Positions 52,064 through 61,751 of a stretch of 64,000 bases of DNA are shown here, in pieces. The translations under genes and the position numbers were made by a program. The stretch lies in assembly GCA_002011125.2 (NCBI GenBank), contig MTMF02000009.1, positions 840,989 to 904,988 of the forward strand, given 5' to 3'. The stretch is from Candidatus Hydrothermarchaeum profundi (GTDB lineage Archaea; Hydrothermarchaeota; Hydrothermarchaeia; Hydrothermarchaeales; Hydrothermarchaeaceae). A model generated the notes under the pieces. The model did not search any database and was not told the origin of the DNA. It saw nothing but the letters and a program-made list of their open reading frames with translations. Position 1 is the first letter of the stretch. Each line of letters starts with the position of its first letter.

Positions 52064-52131
52064 TATTATTTATTTTTTCTTATTTTTTATAAACTCTTTT
52101 TGCTGAAATCTCAGGTGTTTTGATATTGATT

Positions 52132-53151
52132 TTAGTGTACTCCCTTAACAGCTTTGACTGTTCTTTTAAGCAATAATTGAGCAACTTTTTGATCTGGCCA
52201 TGCGCCTAATCCACAATCAGGACCAGCGTATAACATTCTGTCGCCAAAAAATTCTTTTGCTTTAATATACCTTTTTCTTATTTCATTTACATCGTCTACT
52301 AATTTGTTTCCCTCTGGGGTAATTCCTTTTTCCATCAGTTCTGCGATTATGTAATCGATATTTGTCCGACTAACGCCTCCTCTTATAAATTTATCATAAT
52401 TCTCTAGCTCACTTTTCTTAATTAACTCCATATTCATAGGTGAAGATGCAAACTCCCCGGTTAATATGTCTACTCCTGAGGCTCTTAGAGGTAACTCTGC
52501 GGCCTTCAAAGAGTGTAAGTGTATTTGCACATCTGTAGAGACAGATTCAACAGATTTTTCTATAGAGGATACTAAGTCATCCTTTTCGACATCTAACAGA
52601 TCGACTATTCCCAGACTAGGCTCGTCTATAGCTACTGCTTGAGTTTTTACATATTTCGTGTTCAAAATAGAGTTTTTAAGAAAACGGTTTACGCTCTTAG
52701 CTAGATTGTCTAAAACATCCTTATAGATGTGATATCCGAAGGGGGTTTTAAGATAGAGTTCAATGCATCCAGTTACGCATACTTTTAGCTTTAACTTTTC
52801 TTCCTTATTTTCATAATATCCTTTGGCTTCTGATTCGACGATAGAAAGCTCTGGAATTACAGCATATTTTCTTTCTATTAAGTAGGGCTCTCTTTGATGT
52901 TCCTCTATAGCATCTAAAAACTGTTTATGCATATCATAATGCTGTGGATAATTAATTACATCTAAACCTGAATTGATCTTATATCTCAATGAACTTTCAA
53001 CAGCTAGACAAAACGCTTTTAACTCAGATAGCTCATGTAGGTCTTTACCCTCTGCGTATGCTTTTTGAGCGAGGGGATATATCTTATTAAATTCGTCTTT
53101 AGTTACCTCTTGAGGGAGAGGAAAGCTGCCTATGTCGTCGACATATACCAT
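52132..53151 (-). CDS. Cobalamin-independent methionine synthase-like (core MetE/MesA-type) protein
   Basis: DDIGSFP, IDEPSLG, GPDCGL; single-barrel length. Confidence 0.75.
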   Translation of the reverse strand: MVYVDDIGSFPLPQEVTKDEFNKIYPLAQKAYAEGKDLHELSELKAFCLAVESSLRYKINSGLDVINYPQHYDMHKQFLDAIEEHQREPYLIERKYAVIPELSIVESEAKGYYENKEEKLKLKVCVTGCIELYLKTPFGYHIYKDVLDNLAKSVNRFLKNSILNTKYVKTQAVAIDEPSLGIVDLLDVEKDDLVSSIEKSVESVSTDVQIHLHSLKAAELPLRASGVDILTGEFASSPMNMELIKKSELENYDKFIRGGVSRTNIDYIIAELMEKGITPEGNKLVDDVNEIRKRYIKAKEFFGDRMLYAGPDCGLGAWPDQKVAQLLLKRTVKAVKGVH

Positions 53152-53190
53152 AGTAAGTATGCGGCTTTTATTTTATAATTTTCTTTCGAA

Positions 53191-53676
53191 TTAAAGTATC
53201 AGATTTTCCTCAGTCATGCCACCACAACCATTGGATCCAAATGACCTGTAACATCCTCCCGGGGAATAGCATGCATCTCCAGTATACCCACTAGGATTAG
53301 TGAACTTGATCCATTCTCTTACAGCTCTCTCGAGTTGTTCGGCATTATAATTGTGCTCGGCGATAAGATAGTTCGAGAGACCCCATACGCTTTTAGCTAG
53401 ATTACATTCGCAACAGCAGGTTAAAACTGGATAGTCTGAGCAGCATGGGGCAGGGATAGATTTTAGGACTTCCCATTTTATTTTTTCTTGCTCTGGTGTT
53501 AGTTTTATAGAGTGGAAGTATCCTATGAATTCAGGAGTCTGAGATTTTACGTCGTAGAAGCTAAAATCAGGTATTTTTACTTCACTTTGTTCGCTAAGAG
53601 TATTTTCGCTGCTTGAGCCTATACATCCACCGAATAGAAGGAGGACAACTCCCAGTAAAAATGCTTTTAAAGGCAT
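53191..53676 (-). CDS. Cys-rich hypothetical lipoprotein
   Basis: Lipobox LFGGC; PCC, CCCEC, plus three further Cys; start chosen at MPLK. Confidence 0.7.
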   Translation of the reverse strand: MPLKAFLLGVVLLLFGGCIGSSSENTLSEQSEVKIPDFSFYDVKSQTPEFIGYFHSIKLTPEQEKIKWEVLKSIPAPCCSDYPVLTCCCECNLAKSVWGLSNYLIAEHNYNAEQLERAVREWIKFTNPSGYTGDACYSPGGCYRSFGSNGCGGMTEENLIL

Positions 53677-53715
53677 ATTAGGTAGCATTTCTCTATCTAA
53701 CATCATATTTAATAT

Positions 53716-54180
53716 TTATAAGTGATCTTTGGCTTCTTTTCCATGATGTTCGTCTTCCCAAGCGGCATATTTAGGATTTAATACCGTATAATGCTGAGGG
53801 GAGTATGGTTTGATATCTAGCACAGGTGAGCCGTCCATAGCGTCTAGGCCTTTCAAATAAAGCTTATTTCCCTTAACTTTCAGTATCCTGCAGGGAGTTA
53901 CGCCTATAGGATTAGGATGGAATGGACCGCCGCTAGCGAAAACTCCTATCTTTGGGAATCTGGGATCGTTGAAGGGTCTTACTATCATATCCGCTCTCTT
54001 AGCCATATGCATGTGGTATACAATAATTACATGGGAGAAATGTTTTTCGATATCTTTTAATCCTCTCTCATATTCAGAAAAAACCTCTACTATGCCTTCT
54101 CCATCTCTTTCGTAATAGTCGCTTTGCTCTGGCGATTTGAAATCTGATCTTACAACTCCAATAGGCTCGTAGTTTATCAT
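53716..54180 (-). CDS. TsaA/TrmO-like SAM-binding protein
   Basis: PIGVVRS, GVFA....PNPIG, GLDAMDGSPVLDIKPY. Confidence 0.85.
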   Translation of the reverse strand: MINYEPIGVVRSDFKSPEQSDYYERDGEGIVEVFSEYERGLKDIEKHFSHVIIVYHMHMAKRADMIVRPFNDPRFPKIGVFASGGPFHPNPIGVTPCRILKVKGNKLYLKGLDAMDGSPVLDIKPYSPQHYTVLNPKYAAWEDEHHGKEAKDHL

Positions 54181-54297
54181 AGTATCAAAAATTTAATATA
54201 TCCAACAAATAATTTTTGGACTATAATCGGGCCAAACTTTTCTAATGTAGCTGTTGGTTATAAATTGGAGAGGCGATACATAAGGAGTGGTTGAATA

Positions 54298-55230
54298 ATG
54301 AATCTAAATTTGAAGGCAGTTAAAATAGTTGAGGAGCTTATCTTAAAAAAAAGCGAGCTGAAAGTAGGATTTACTGAGCTAGAAAATGGATGTAAAATAG
54401 TAGATTGCGGTATAAAATATGAAGGCTCGCTTGAAGCTGGGAGACTTTACACTTTAGCATGTTTGGGAGGGGTTGCCGATGTTCAGCTGGGAGAAATAGA
54501 CTATGGCGATTTCTCAATGAAAGAAGTGGTGGTGGCGACAGAATATCCGCTTATAGCATGTCTTTCATCTCAGAAAGCAGGATGGAATATAAAGGGTGAT
54601 GGTTTCTTTGCTCTAGGCTCTGGGCCTGCAAGGATACTAGCTAAAAAGCCTAAAGACACTTATGAGAAAATAGGATACTCTGAAAAATCAGAAAAAGCTG
54701 TGTTAGCGTTAGAATGCAGTAAATATCCTCCGGCAGAAGTATGTGACGAAATTGCAAACGCTTGTAATGTAGCCCCTGAAAATCTTTACATTTTAGTTGC
54801 TAGGACGGCTTCTTTGACAGGAACCATTCAAATTTCTGCAAGAGCATTAGAGACGTGTCTTTATAAAATGGACCATCTGGGACTTAATTTAAAATCGGTA
54901 GTAAGAGGCAAAGGTTCTGCTCCTGTGCCTCCAATAGTCGGAGGGGATTCTAAAATGATGGGTATCACGAATGATATGATAATCTACGGAGCCAGAGTTT
55001 ATTTGGAATCTGAAGAGGATATTGATATTAAAAAAGTACCTTCGAATTCTTCTCCAGCCTATGGAAAGCCTTTTGAAGAGATATTCAAAGAAGCAGGATA
55101 CGATTTCTATAAGATTAACCCGGCTATTTTTGCACCAGCCGAGGTAACACTAAAAAATTTAAAAACAGGAAAAACTAGGAAGGCAGGAGAAGTTAATATA
55201 GGAGTATTGAAGAAATCGATTGGCGTATGA
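54298..55230 (+). CDS. mch: Methenyltetrahydromethanopterin cyclohydrolase
   Basis: SQKAGW, FFALGSGPAR, TASLTG, TNDMIIYG, YGKPF, DFYKINPAIFAPA. Confidence 0.95.
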   Translation: MNLNLKAVKIVEELILKKSELKVGFTELENGCKIVDCGIKYEGSLEAGRLYTLACLGGVADVQLGEIDYGDFSMKEVVVATEYPLIACLSSQKAGWNIKGDGFFALGSGPARILAKKPKDTYEKIGYSEKSEKAVLALECSKYPPAEVCDEIANACNVAPENLYILVARTASLTGTIQISARALETCLYKMDHLGLNLKSVVRGKGSAPVPPIVGGDSKMMGITNDMIIYGARVYLESEEDIDIKKVPSNSSPAYGKPFEEIFKEAGYDFYKINPAIFAPAEVTLKNLKTGKTRKAGEVNIGVLKKSIGV

Positions 55231-55952
55231 GTAAGGTCTATTTGGTTGGAGCAGGCCCTGGTGATCCTGGACTAATCACAGTTAAGGGCATGGAGTTGTT
55301 AAAAAAAGCGGATGTTATAATCTATGATAGGCTTGGAGGTGGAGGTAAGCTTTTAAAACACGCTAGACCTGATGCGGAACTAATTTATGTGGGAAAGAAA
55401 GCTGGTGCTCATACAATTAAGCAGGATAGGATAAATCAGATCTTAGTGGAAAAAGCGAGAGAGGGGAAAATGGTTGTAAGACTTAAAGGAGGGGACCCTT
55501 TTGTCTTTGGTAGAGGCGGGGAAGAAGTAATGCACCTAGTAAAAAAAGGTATAGACTACGAGATTGTTCCAGGCATCACGACACCTATAGCGCTACCAGC
55601 ACTTGCAGGGATACCTATCACTGATCGGAGATATTCTTCTAGCTTCACTGTCGTAACTGGGCATCGTGCTAGAGGGAAGCGTCTAATAAACTACTCTGAG
55701 TTAAAAGCTGATACGATAATTGTTTTAATGGGCGTTAAGAATCTTCCCCTTATAATCGATGATTTACTTAAAACCCGTAGCCCGAAAACCCCGGTGGCTA
55801 TTATAGAAAAAGGGACAACTTCTCAAGAGCGCACTATAATCACCACCTTAGGTGAAGCTAAGGAGGTTGCAAAATCAGAGAATGTTAGGCCGCCAGCAGT
55901 AACGATAATTGGGGAAGTTGTAAATCTCAGGAAGAGATTTGTTAAGGAGTGA
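55227..55952 (+). CDS. cobA: Uroporphyrinogen-III C-methyltransferase
   Basis: LVGAGPGDPGLIT, RLKGGDPFVFGRGGEE, VPGIT, VTGH. Confidence 0.95.
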   Translation: MSKVYLVGAGPGDPGLITVKGMELLKKADVIIYDRLGGGGKLLKHARPDAELIYVGKKAGAHTIKQDRINQILVEKAREGKMVVRLKGGDPFVFGRGGEEVMHLVKKGIDYEIVPGITTPIALPALAGIPITDRRYSSSFTVVTGHRARGKRLINYSELKADTIIVLMGVKNLPLIIDDLLKTRSPKTPVAIIEKGTTSQERTIITTLGEAKEVAKSENVRPPAVTIIGEVVNLRKRFVKE

Positions 55953-55954
55953 CT

Positions 55955-56797
55955 CTATCCTTTAATAAGGTGAGAGCCGTCACATGTGACCTCGTTGGGG
56001 AGGCCTTCTCTACAGGTGGCAAACGTGATGCCCCAGTGTCTACAGTTTTCTTTTACCTGTTGCATTAGCTTAACTCGTAGTTCTCTTGGGAGGTAATATG
56101 AGTTGTTATGTTTTGATCCCTTCTTAAAATAAAGTTCCTCTAACTCCTTAGCGATGTCTCTAAATGTAGAGGAAAACCTTTTCCATGAGTCATATCTCGG
56201 TTTAAATGTAGAGGAAACTATGTGTTTGACGCCGATATCTGAAAGTTCTTTGACTATTCTCTTTGTATCTTCGTTTAGTCCTGGTATTATTGGGTCTATT
56301 CTACACGAGACAGGTATCCCCTTTTCAATAAGTTCGTGAATCGCTCGCAATCTCTTTTCAGGTGTAGGTGCATGCGGCTCTAACTTCCTCGCTAGATTCT
56401 CGTCTAGTGTTGTTATCGTCATACTCACGCTAGTCCGCATGTTCTTTAATAGGTCTGCGTCTCTTACAACGAGATCGGATTTTGTTATTATCAGTATTTT
56501 AAAGTCCTTCAATATTTTTAGGCAGGCTCTCGTAATCTTATGAGTCTTCTCTAGGGGAGTGTAAGGATCAGAGCTGTTTGACATGGATATAGGTATGTTT
56601 GGATTTAGTTTTTTCTTTTCCTTCATAACGGTCTTAAGCAGATTCTTTTTAATTCTCCCCTCATGTCCCCGTGGAATGTATGAAGTAATATAACAGTATA
56701 CACATTTATGCTCGCATCCAGTGTAAGGATTAAATGAGTATTTCTTTGGGCACGTGCACAGATCTCCTTTCCATGGGTCGAAGTATCGTATGAGCAT
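55955..56797 (-). CDS. SplB-like radical SAM protein
   Basis: FDPWK..CTCP, NPYTGCEHKCVYCY, SNSSDPY, TKS, LEP..P, RIDPIIP. Confidence 0.88.
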   Translation of the reverse strand: MLIRYFDPWKGDLCTCPKKYSFNPYTGCEHKCVYCYITSYIPRGHEGRIKKNLLKTVMKEKKKLNPNIPISMSNSSDPYTPLEKTHKITRACLKILKDFKILIITKSDLVVRDADLLKNMRTSVSMTITTLDENLARKLEPHAPTPEKRLRAIHELIEKGIPVSCRIDPIIPGLNEDTKRIVKELSDIGVKHIVSSTFKPRYDSWKRFSSTFRDIAKELEELYFKKGSKHNNSYYLPRELRVKLMQQVKENCRHWGITFATCREGLPNEVTCDGSHLIKG

Positions 56798-56866
56798 CTT
56801 TCAAGCTCCGCTTGCTTTAATAGAAGTTCTACTTTTATTTATGAGAAGTGACGTTTTCCTTCAATT

Positions 56867-57241
56867 ATGAAAGTGGTTAATAGGAATAAAATTAGGGCGT
56901 TCATTACTAAAGATAAGTCCCTCATTAGAGAAATATTGCATCCTAAAAATTCAGAGGTTAAAAACCAAAGTCTCGCAGAAGCTATTGTAAAACCCGGGGG
57001 ATCCACTCTACCCCACAAGCACATTAGATCTGAGGAAATATACTATATTTTAGAAGGTAGAGGAAGGGTCACGGTCGGTGAGGAAACTGCGGTGGTTTCT
57101 GAGTTTGACGCTATCCTTATACCTCCCGGCATGATTCATTATATTGAAAATATAGGAGATAAGGACTTGGTATTTCTTTGCGTGAGTTCTCCGCCATATT
57201 CTCACACCGATTCACAATTATGTAGTAATTCTTATATATAA
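56867..57241 (+). CDS. Cupin domain protein
   Basis: TKDKSLIRE, SLAEA, HKH..SEEIYY, PPGMIH, PPYSH. Confidence 0.88.
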   Translation: MKVVNRNKIRAFITKDKSLIREILHPKNSEVKNQSLAEAIVKPGGSTLPHKHIRSEEIYYILEGRGRVTVGEETAVVSEFDAILIPPGMIHYIENIGDKDLVFLCVSSPPYSHTDSQLCSNSYI

Positions 57242-57262
57242 AAAAAGCTACATATCAGAAGG

Positions 57263-57592
57263 ATGCAAGACGATCTCGCTATTAAAAAGATGGTCAAGGG
57301 ATTTCGGGAATTAATTATAATTCTCTTCTTAACACAGAAGCCTATGCATGGCTACGAAATAAAAAAGAAGTTCGAAGACTTGTTCTATGTTAATTATCCT
57401 TCGAGTGTCATTTATCCCATGTTGCGTGGGCTTGAAAAAAAAGGGTACATAAAATCTGAATGGAAACAGGCTGGCGGTAGGAGAAAGAGGCTGTACTCAG
57501 CGACTGAGGAAGGCAGAGCCGTTTTAAAGAGATCTAGGGAGATACTTGAAAAGCCTGCAAGAGAGGTTTTGATGTCTATAATTGGGGAATGA
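57263..57592 (+). CDS. PadR family transcriptional regulator
   Basis: PMHGYEI, IYPMLRGLEKKGYI, RKRLYSATEEG. Confidence 0.93.
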   Translation: MQDDLAIKKMVKGFRELIIILFLTQKPMHGYEIKKKFEDLFYVNYPSSVIYPMLRGLEKKGYIKSEWKQAGGRRKRLYSATEEGRAVLKRSREILEKPAREVLMSIIGE

Positions 57593-57596
57593 TCCC

Positions 57597-58655
57597 ATGG
57601 GACTCAGATATTGGCTGTGGAAGCTAGGCGAATTTCAAGCAAAACATGCGGCAGCGATATTTGCGGTTTCTTTAGCGTTTACTGTCTTTATGGGAGTTGG
57701 AGTAACTAAGATAAAGCTACAAACAGATCTATCAAAGGAGTTGCCAGAGGATGCACCGCCTATAGAGTTAATGAGAGATGTCGCCTCAAAGTTTGGAGGG
57801 AATGACCTATTTATTATTTTATTTGAAGTAGACAGAGAAGCAAAAGACCCGGATAGAGTCGTTGACATTAGGGACCCCAGAGCGTTATACATTATATCGG
57901 AGCTTGAAAATAAGCTTAGGAGAGAAGCAGAAATCGCTGAGGTTATATCTTTTGCGTCAAATGGGGAATTTAGCAAAGATTATTCTTCTACTGTTATATT
58001 CGCAACAGTTGATCTAGGGGGTAAAGAGGAAAGAATTAAAGAAGTAGCCGAGTTAGTAGGAGAGGATATTGAGTCCCTACCATTGATACCCGGTCTTAAA
58101 ATCAGGCTTACGGGTACCCCTTTAATGAGAACCACTCTAATGGAGCTTCTCGTAAGTGATGCAACCTACACTATATTTTTGTCTGCAGTCATAATACTGA
58201 TAATGCTTATTTTCATGAGTAGACCTTTCACTCGGGGTTTCCTTATTTTCCTCCCTTTAATAAATGGGCTTACCTGGACCCTTGGAACGATGGGTTGGTT
58301 GAATATCCCCCTCTCCATAGCTACGGTGGGTATTGGTGCTATGATCCTTGGGCTTGGAGTTGAGTATGGGGTCTTTATTGTTAGGGGTTATGAGGCCGAG
58401 AGGCGTAAAGGTAGAAGCCAGCGAGAGGCTTTAACGACGGTTATTTCAGGCATAGGCACCGCTATTACTGGCTCTGCTACCACTACAATCATAGGTTTTC
58501 TCGCATTGCTTCTAGCAAGTATGCCTATGATTCAACACATGGGAAGTACTTTAGCCCTCGGTATATTCTACTGTTTTGTCGCTGCAGTAATAGTGAATCC
58601 CTCTTTTATCGTACTAGAAGAAAATTTTATGAGGAGGCTGAGGCATGCCAGTTAG
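57597..58655 (+). CDS. MMPL/RND half-transporter 1
   Basis: TM + extracytoplasmic domain + 5 TMs, LGLGVEYG, SATTTIIGF. Confidence 0.88.
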   Translation: MGLRYWLWKLGEFQAKHAAAIFAVSLAFTVFMGVGVTKIKLQTDLSKELPEDAPPIELMRDVASKFGGNDLFIILFEVDREAKDPDRVVDIRDPRALYIISELENKLRREAEIAEVISFASNGEFSKDYSSTVIFATVDLGGKEERIKEVAELVGEDIESLPLIPGLKIRLTGTPLMRTTLMELLVSDATYTIFLSAVIILIMLIFMSRPFTRGFLIFLPLINGLTWTLGTMGWLNIPLSIATVGIGAMILGLGVEYGVFIVRGYEAERRKGRSQREALTTVISGIGTAITGSATTTIIGFLALLLASMPMIQHMGSTLALGIFYCFVAAVIVNPSFIVLEENFMRRLRHAS

Positions 58656-59784
58656 ACTTATAGAGAGGTATGGCCAATTAGTTGCTCGTTATCCCTTTAT
58701 ATCCTTAGTGTTTGTGATCATGATCACAGTGGGAGCATTCTATGGTGCTTCTAGGGTTTCTATGAGAGGCATGAGCTTTAGTTCAATGTTTCCTAGTGAT
58801 ATAGAAGTTAAAAGGACCATGAAGGTAGTTGAGGATAACTTCGGAGGCTCAGAAAGTGTGAATATAGTAGTCCATCTTGATCCGGAACAAACAGGTTATA
58901 ATTCGATTATGGATATCCGTGATCCAGAAGTTTTGAGATTTGTTGATATACTAAGTAAAAAAAGTAGGGATGTAGAGAATGTTCTACAAGTGACGTCTAT
59001 AGCTGATATATTAAGGAATGAGAATAATGGCATACTACCGAATTCTAAAAGAGAGATTCTCTCTTTACTTAAAGCCTCACAGAGGAGTAGAAGTTATGTT
59101 TCCGAAGACTATTCTACAACCTTAGTTAAGATTAGATTAGGTAATATTGAAGGCCAGGAAGAAGTATTAGTATCTGATCTTGAGGAAATTATAGCTCAGA
59201 CTACGCCCCCCTCTGGCGTAAAGGCCGAAATCTCAGGTTCTCCTGTAATATATGTGCTTTTCAAAGAGTCAACTGGGCCTGATATGTCGAGGACTACTAT
59301 GTATTCTTTTATAGGAATCTTGGTCGTAGCAATCTTGTTATTTGCTTCGATAAAGCATGGAATTATACCTATCATTAGTGTGGCTATAGGACTTTTGTGG
59401 GCTTTTGGATTAATGGGGGTCCTTGGAATAAGAATAAGCTCTAATATGGCGGGGTTTGGCTCGATGGTCATGGGGATAGGTATAGATTTCGCTATACAAG
59501 TTGTAAACAGGTTCAGATTGGAGAAAGAAGGGCTTTTCAGCGATAACCAGAAGAAAAAGCCTGAAGAGGCTCTAGCAAAAGCTCTTTCGAACACTTTTAT
59601 TCCTATGAGTACAACTACTCTAGCGGCGTTAATCGGGTTTAGAGCTATGTCTTTAGGTAAACTAACGATAATGGGAGATCTTGGAACTGTTATGTCTCTT
59701 GGGGTACTCGCATGTATGGGCACCGCTCTAACATTAGTTCCATCTCTCCTTATTATAAGTGAAAAATTTGAGAAGGTGGTTTAA
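58645..59784 (+). CDS. MMPL/RND half-transporter 2
   Basis: GIGIDFAIQ, TTLAALIGF; paralogous to the upstream gene. Confidence 0.88.
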   Translation: MPVRLIERYGQLVARYPFISLVFVIMITVGAFYGASRVSMRGMSFSSMFPSDIEVKRTMKVVEDNFGGSESVNIVVHLDPEQTGYNSIMDIRDPEVLRFVDILSKKSRDVENVLQVTSIADILRNENNGILPNSKREILSLLKASQRSRSYVSEDYSTTLVKIRLGNIEGQEEVLVSDLEEIIAQTTPPSGVKAEISGSPVIYVLFKESTGPDMSRTTMYSFIGILVVAILLFASIKHGIIPIISVAIGLLWAFGLMGVLGIRISSNMAGFGSMVMGIGIDFAIQVVNRFRLEKEGLFSDNQKKKPEEALAKALSNTFIPMSTTTLAALIGFRAMSLGKLTIMGDLGTVMSLGVLACMGTALTLVPSLLIISEKFEKVV

Positions 59785-61032
59785 ATGAGAATATTATTAA
59801 TATTAGTGGTTTTGTGTCTTGTCCCGGCTTCTTATGCTATAGAGGCTGATTTTTATCTTATGGATATCAGTCCACAAAAAGTTGTGCCAGGTGAGAATAC
59901 AACTCTGAACATAACCCTTAAGAATCTTGCTCCCGCGCTAGCCAGCTATGTGAAAGCGAGTCTGGATCCTGAAGATGTAGCCCCTATAGACCCATTGGGG
60001 GCTGGAAAATATTTCTTAACTAAGAAGGCTGTTAAAGCGTCAGGAGATGAGAAGTATTTTGGGGCCGTATGGCAATATGAGGAGCTGTATTTGTCAATAC
60101 CTATCTACACCAAGTCCGGCACAGCTGAAGGTGTATACAATGTCCCTCTGGTAGTAGAATGGAAAAATGAGAAGCTTGAAGACAAGTCTCAAACCCTATA
60201 TGTCAACTTACTTGTTCAAGGCGAGATTGATATTGGACTAACTTCATTCTCTACCGAGCCATCTAAGATTAGGAGTGGTGATGAGGATATTAAAGTAACA
60301 TTCACCTTTGAGAATACTGGGGAGGCTGCAGCTCAAAATATTGAGATCCGTCTACTACTAGCGCCACCTTTTTCCACTACTTATTCTCACGGTGATAGGG
60401 CCTATATAGGGAGCTTAGGACCAGGTGAAGCGCAGTCAGTGACTTTTTATATAGATATCGACGAAAACGTAAAGCCAGGAAAATACTCTATACCATTCGA
60501 GATAACTTACAAGGATAAAAGAAACGACAGGTATGCAAAGAAAGATAGCGTAGAGGTTATTATAGAACCAAAACCCTATTTTGAAATCTCTAGCACCAAT
60601 TTGAAGCCCTCTACTCTAAAGCCTGGAGATCATTCGCTTCTCTATATAAATTTGAAGAACATAGGATTTGAGAAGGCAGAAGCTGTTGACGTAAGAGTAG
60701 TAAGAGAGACTGGGCAGCCTTTCAGATATGATGTAAGAAGTGACTTTATTGGAACTTTGAAACCGAACGAGACAGGTACAGCGGTTCTAGAATTTGATGT
60801 TGAGAAAGATGCAATTCCAAAAGAATACCTTTTAAGGATTATAGTTAGATGTACAGGAGACACTGAAAAAGGAGATACAAATGTTTACACTCAAGAATTA
60901 AAGGTGCCATTATTAGTTAATGAAGGAAGTTCTGAAAATATAAGCTTAAAATATCTCGCAGTAATTGTAGTGTTGTTAGCGGGTTTAATAGCTTGGCTAA
61001 AGTTAAGAAAGCCAAAGGAAACCGAAGAATAA
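59785..61032 (+). CDS. COG1361 S-layer-domain (CARDB-like repeats) protein
   Basis: Signal peptide, repeated PG..LKN.G Ig-like units, C-terminal TM with basic tail. Confidence 0.82.
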   Translation: MRILLILVVLCLVPASYAIEADFYLMDISPQKVVPGENTTLNITLKNLAPALASYVKASLDPEDVAPIDPLGAGKYFLTKKAVKASGDEKYFGAVWQYEELYLSIPIYTKSGTAEGVYNVPLVVEWKNEKLEDKSQTLYVNLLVQGEIDIGLTSFSTEPSKIRSGDEDIKVTFTFENTGEAAAQNIEIRLLLAPPFSTTYSHGDRAYIGSLGPGEAQSVTFYIDIDENVKPGKYSIPFEITYKDKRNDRYAKKDSVEVIIEPKPYFEISSTNLKPSTLKPGDHSLLYINLKNIGFEKAEAVDVRVVRETGQPFRYDVRSDFIGTLKPNETGTAVLEFDVEKDAIPKEYLLRIIVRCTGDTEKGDTNVYTQELKVPLLVNEGSSENISLKYLAVIVVLLAGLIAWLKLRKPKETEE

Positions 61033-61066
61033 AAAGTAGCCAGGTCTTTCGGAAAAATTGTGAAAA

Positions 61067-61702
61067 CTATTCAGTCCTAGCCATTTCTATGAATCTTTTT
61101 ACCTTCTCTAGGTCTTTTATCCCTTTTTCAGTCTCCACACCGCTTGAAACATCAACTGCATAAGGCCTAACAACTTTAATAGCATCTTTGACGTTCTCCG
61201 GGGTTAGACCACCTGCCAAAAATACAGGCTTTTCTACTTCCTCAACTATCCTTCTAGAAATCTCCCAGTCATGCGTTTCCCCCGAGCCGCCCATTTCTTT
61301 AGAGCTTGTATCTAACAAGATAGCATCACTAAACTTGGAGTGATCTTTTGCTTTCTTGATTGCATCTTCTCCTACATGTATCGTCTTAATAATATTGCAA
61401 GGAATGAGGCTTCGGAGCTGTTTAACGAAAGCTGGGGGTTCATTTCCATGTAGTTGTAGATAGTCAGGTCTCACTGTATTATACAGTCTAACAGCTTCTT
61501 CAATAGTCGTAGGCATTATTACAGCTACGCCGGAGGCCTCGTATTCTACTGCTCTGAGTATTTCTCTTGCTTTAGATGCGGTTACTTTTCTTGGCGTATT
61601 CACAGGCACTTCTACAATGACGCCAATATAGTCCGCTCCCATTTGTGCTATTTTAACTGCAAGTTCTGGCTCGGTATTTCCGCATATTTTTACTGCAACC
61701 AT
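61067..61702 (-). CDS. trpF: Phosphoribosylanthranilate isomerase
   Basis: VKICG, QLHGNE, LLD..GGSG, LAGGLTPENV, VDVSSGVE. Confidence 0.95.
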   Translation of the reverse strand: MVAVKICGNTEPELAVKIAQMGADYIGVIVEVPVNTPRKVTASKAREILRAVEYEASGVAVIMPTTIEEAVRLYNTVRPDYLQLHGNEPPAFVKQLRSLIPCNIIKTIHVGEDAIKKAKDHSKFSDAILLDTSSKEMGGSGETHDWEISRRIVEEVEKPVFLAGGLTPENVKDAIKVVRPYAVDVSSGVETEKGIKDLEKVKRFIEMARTE

Positions 61703-61751
61703 GATTTCACTTTGATTATGTTACCCCTGATAAACTTTGTCAATCTGGTAG

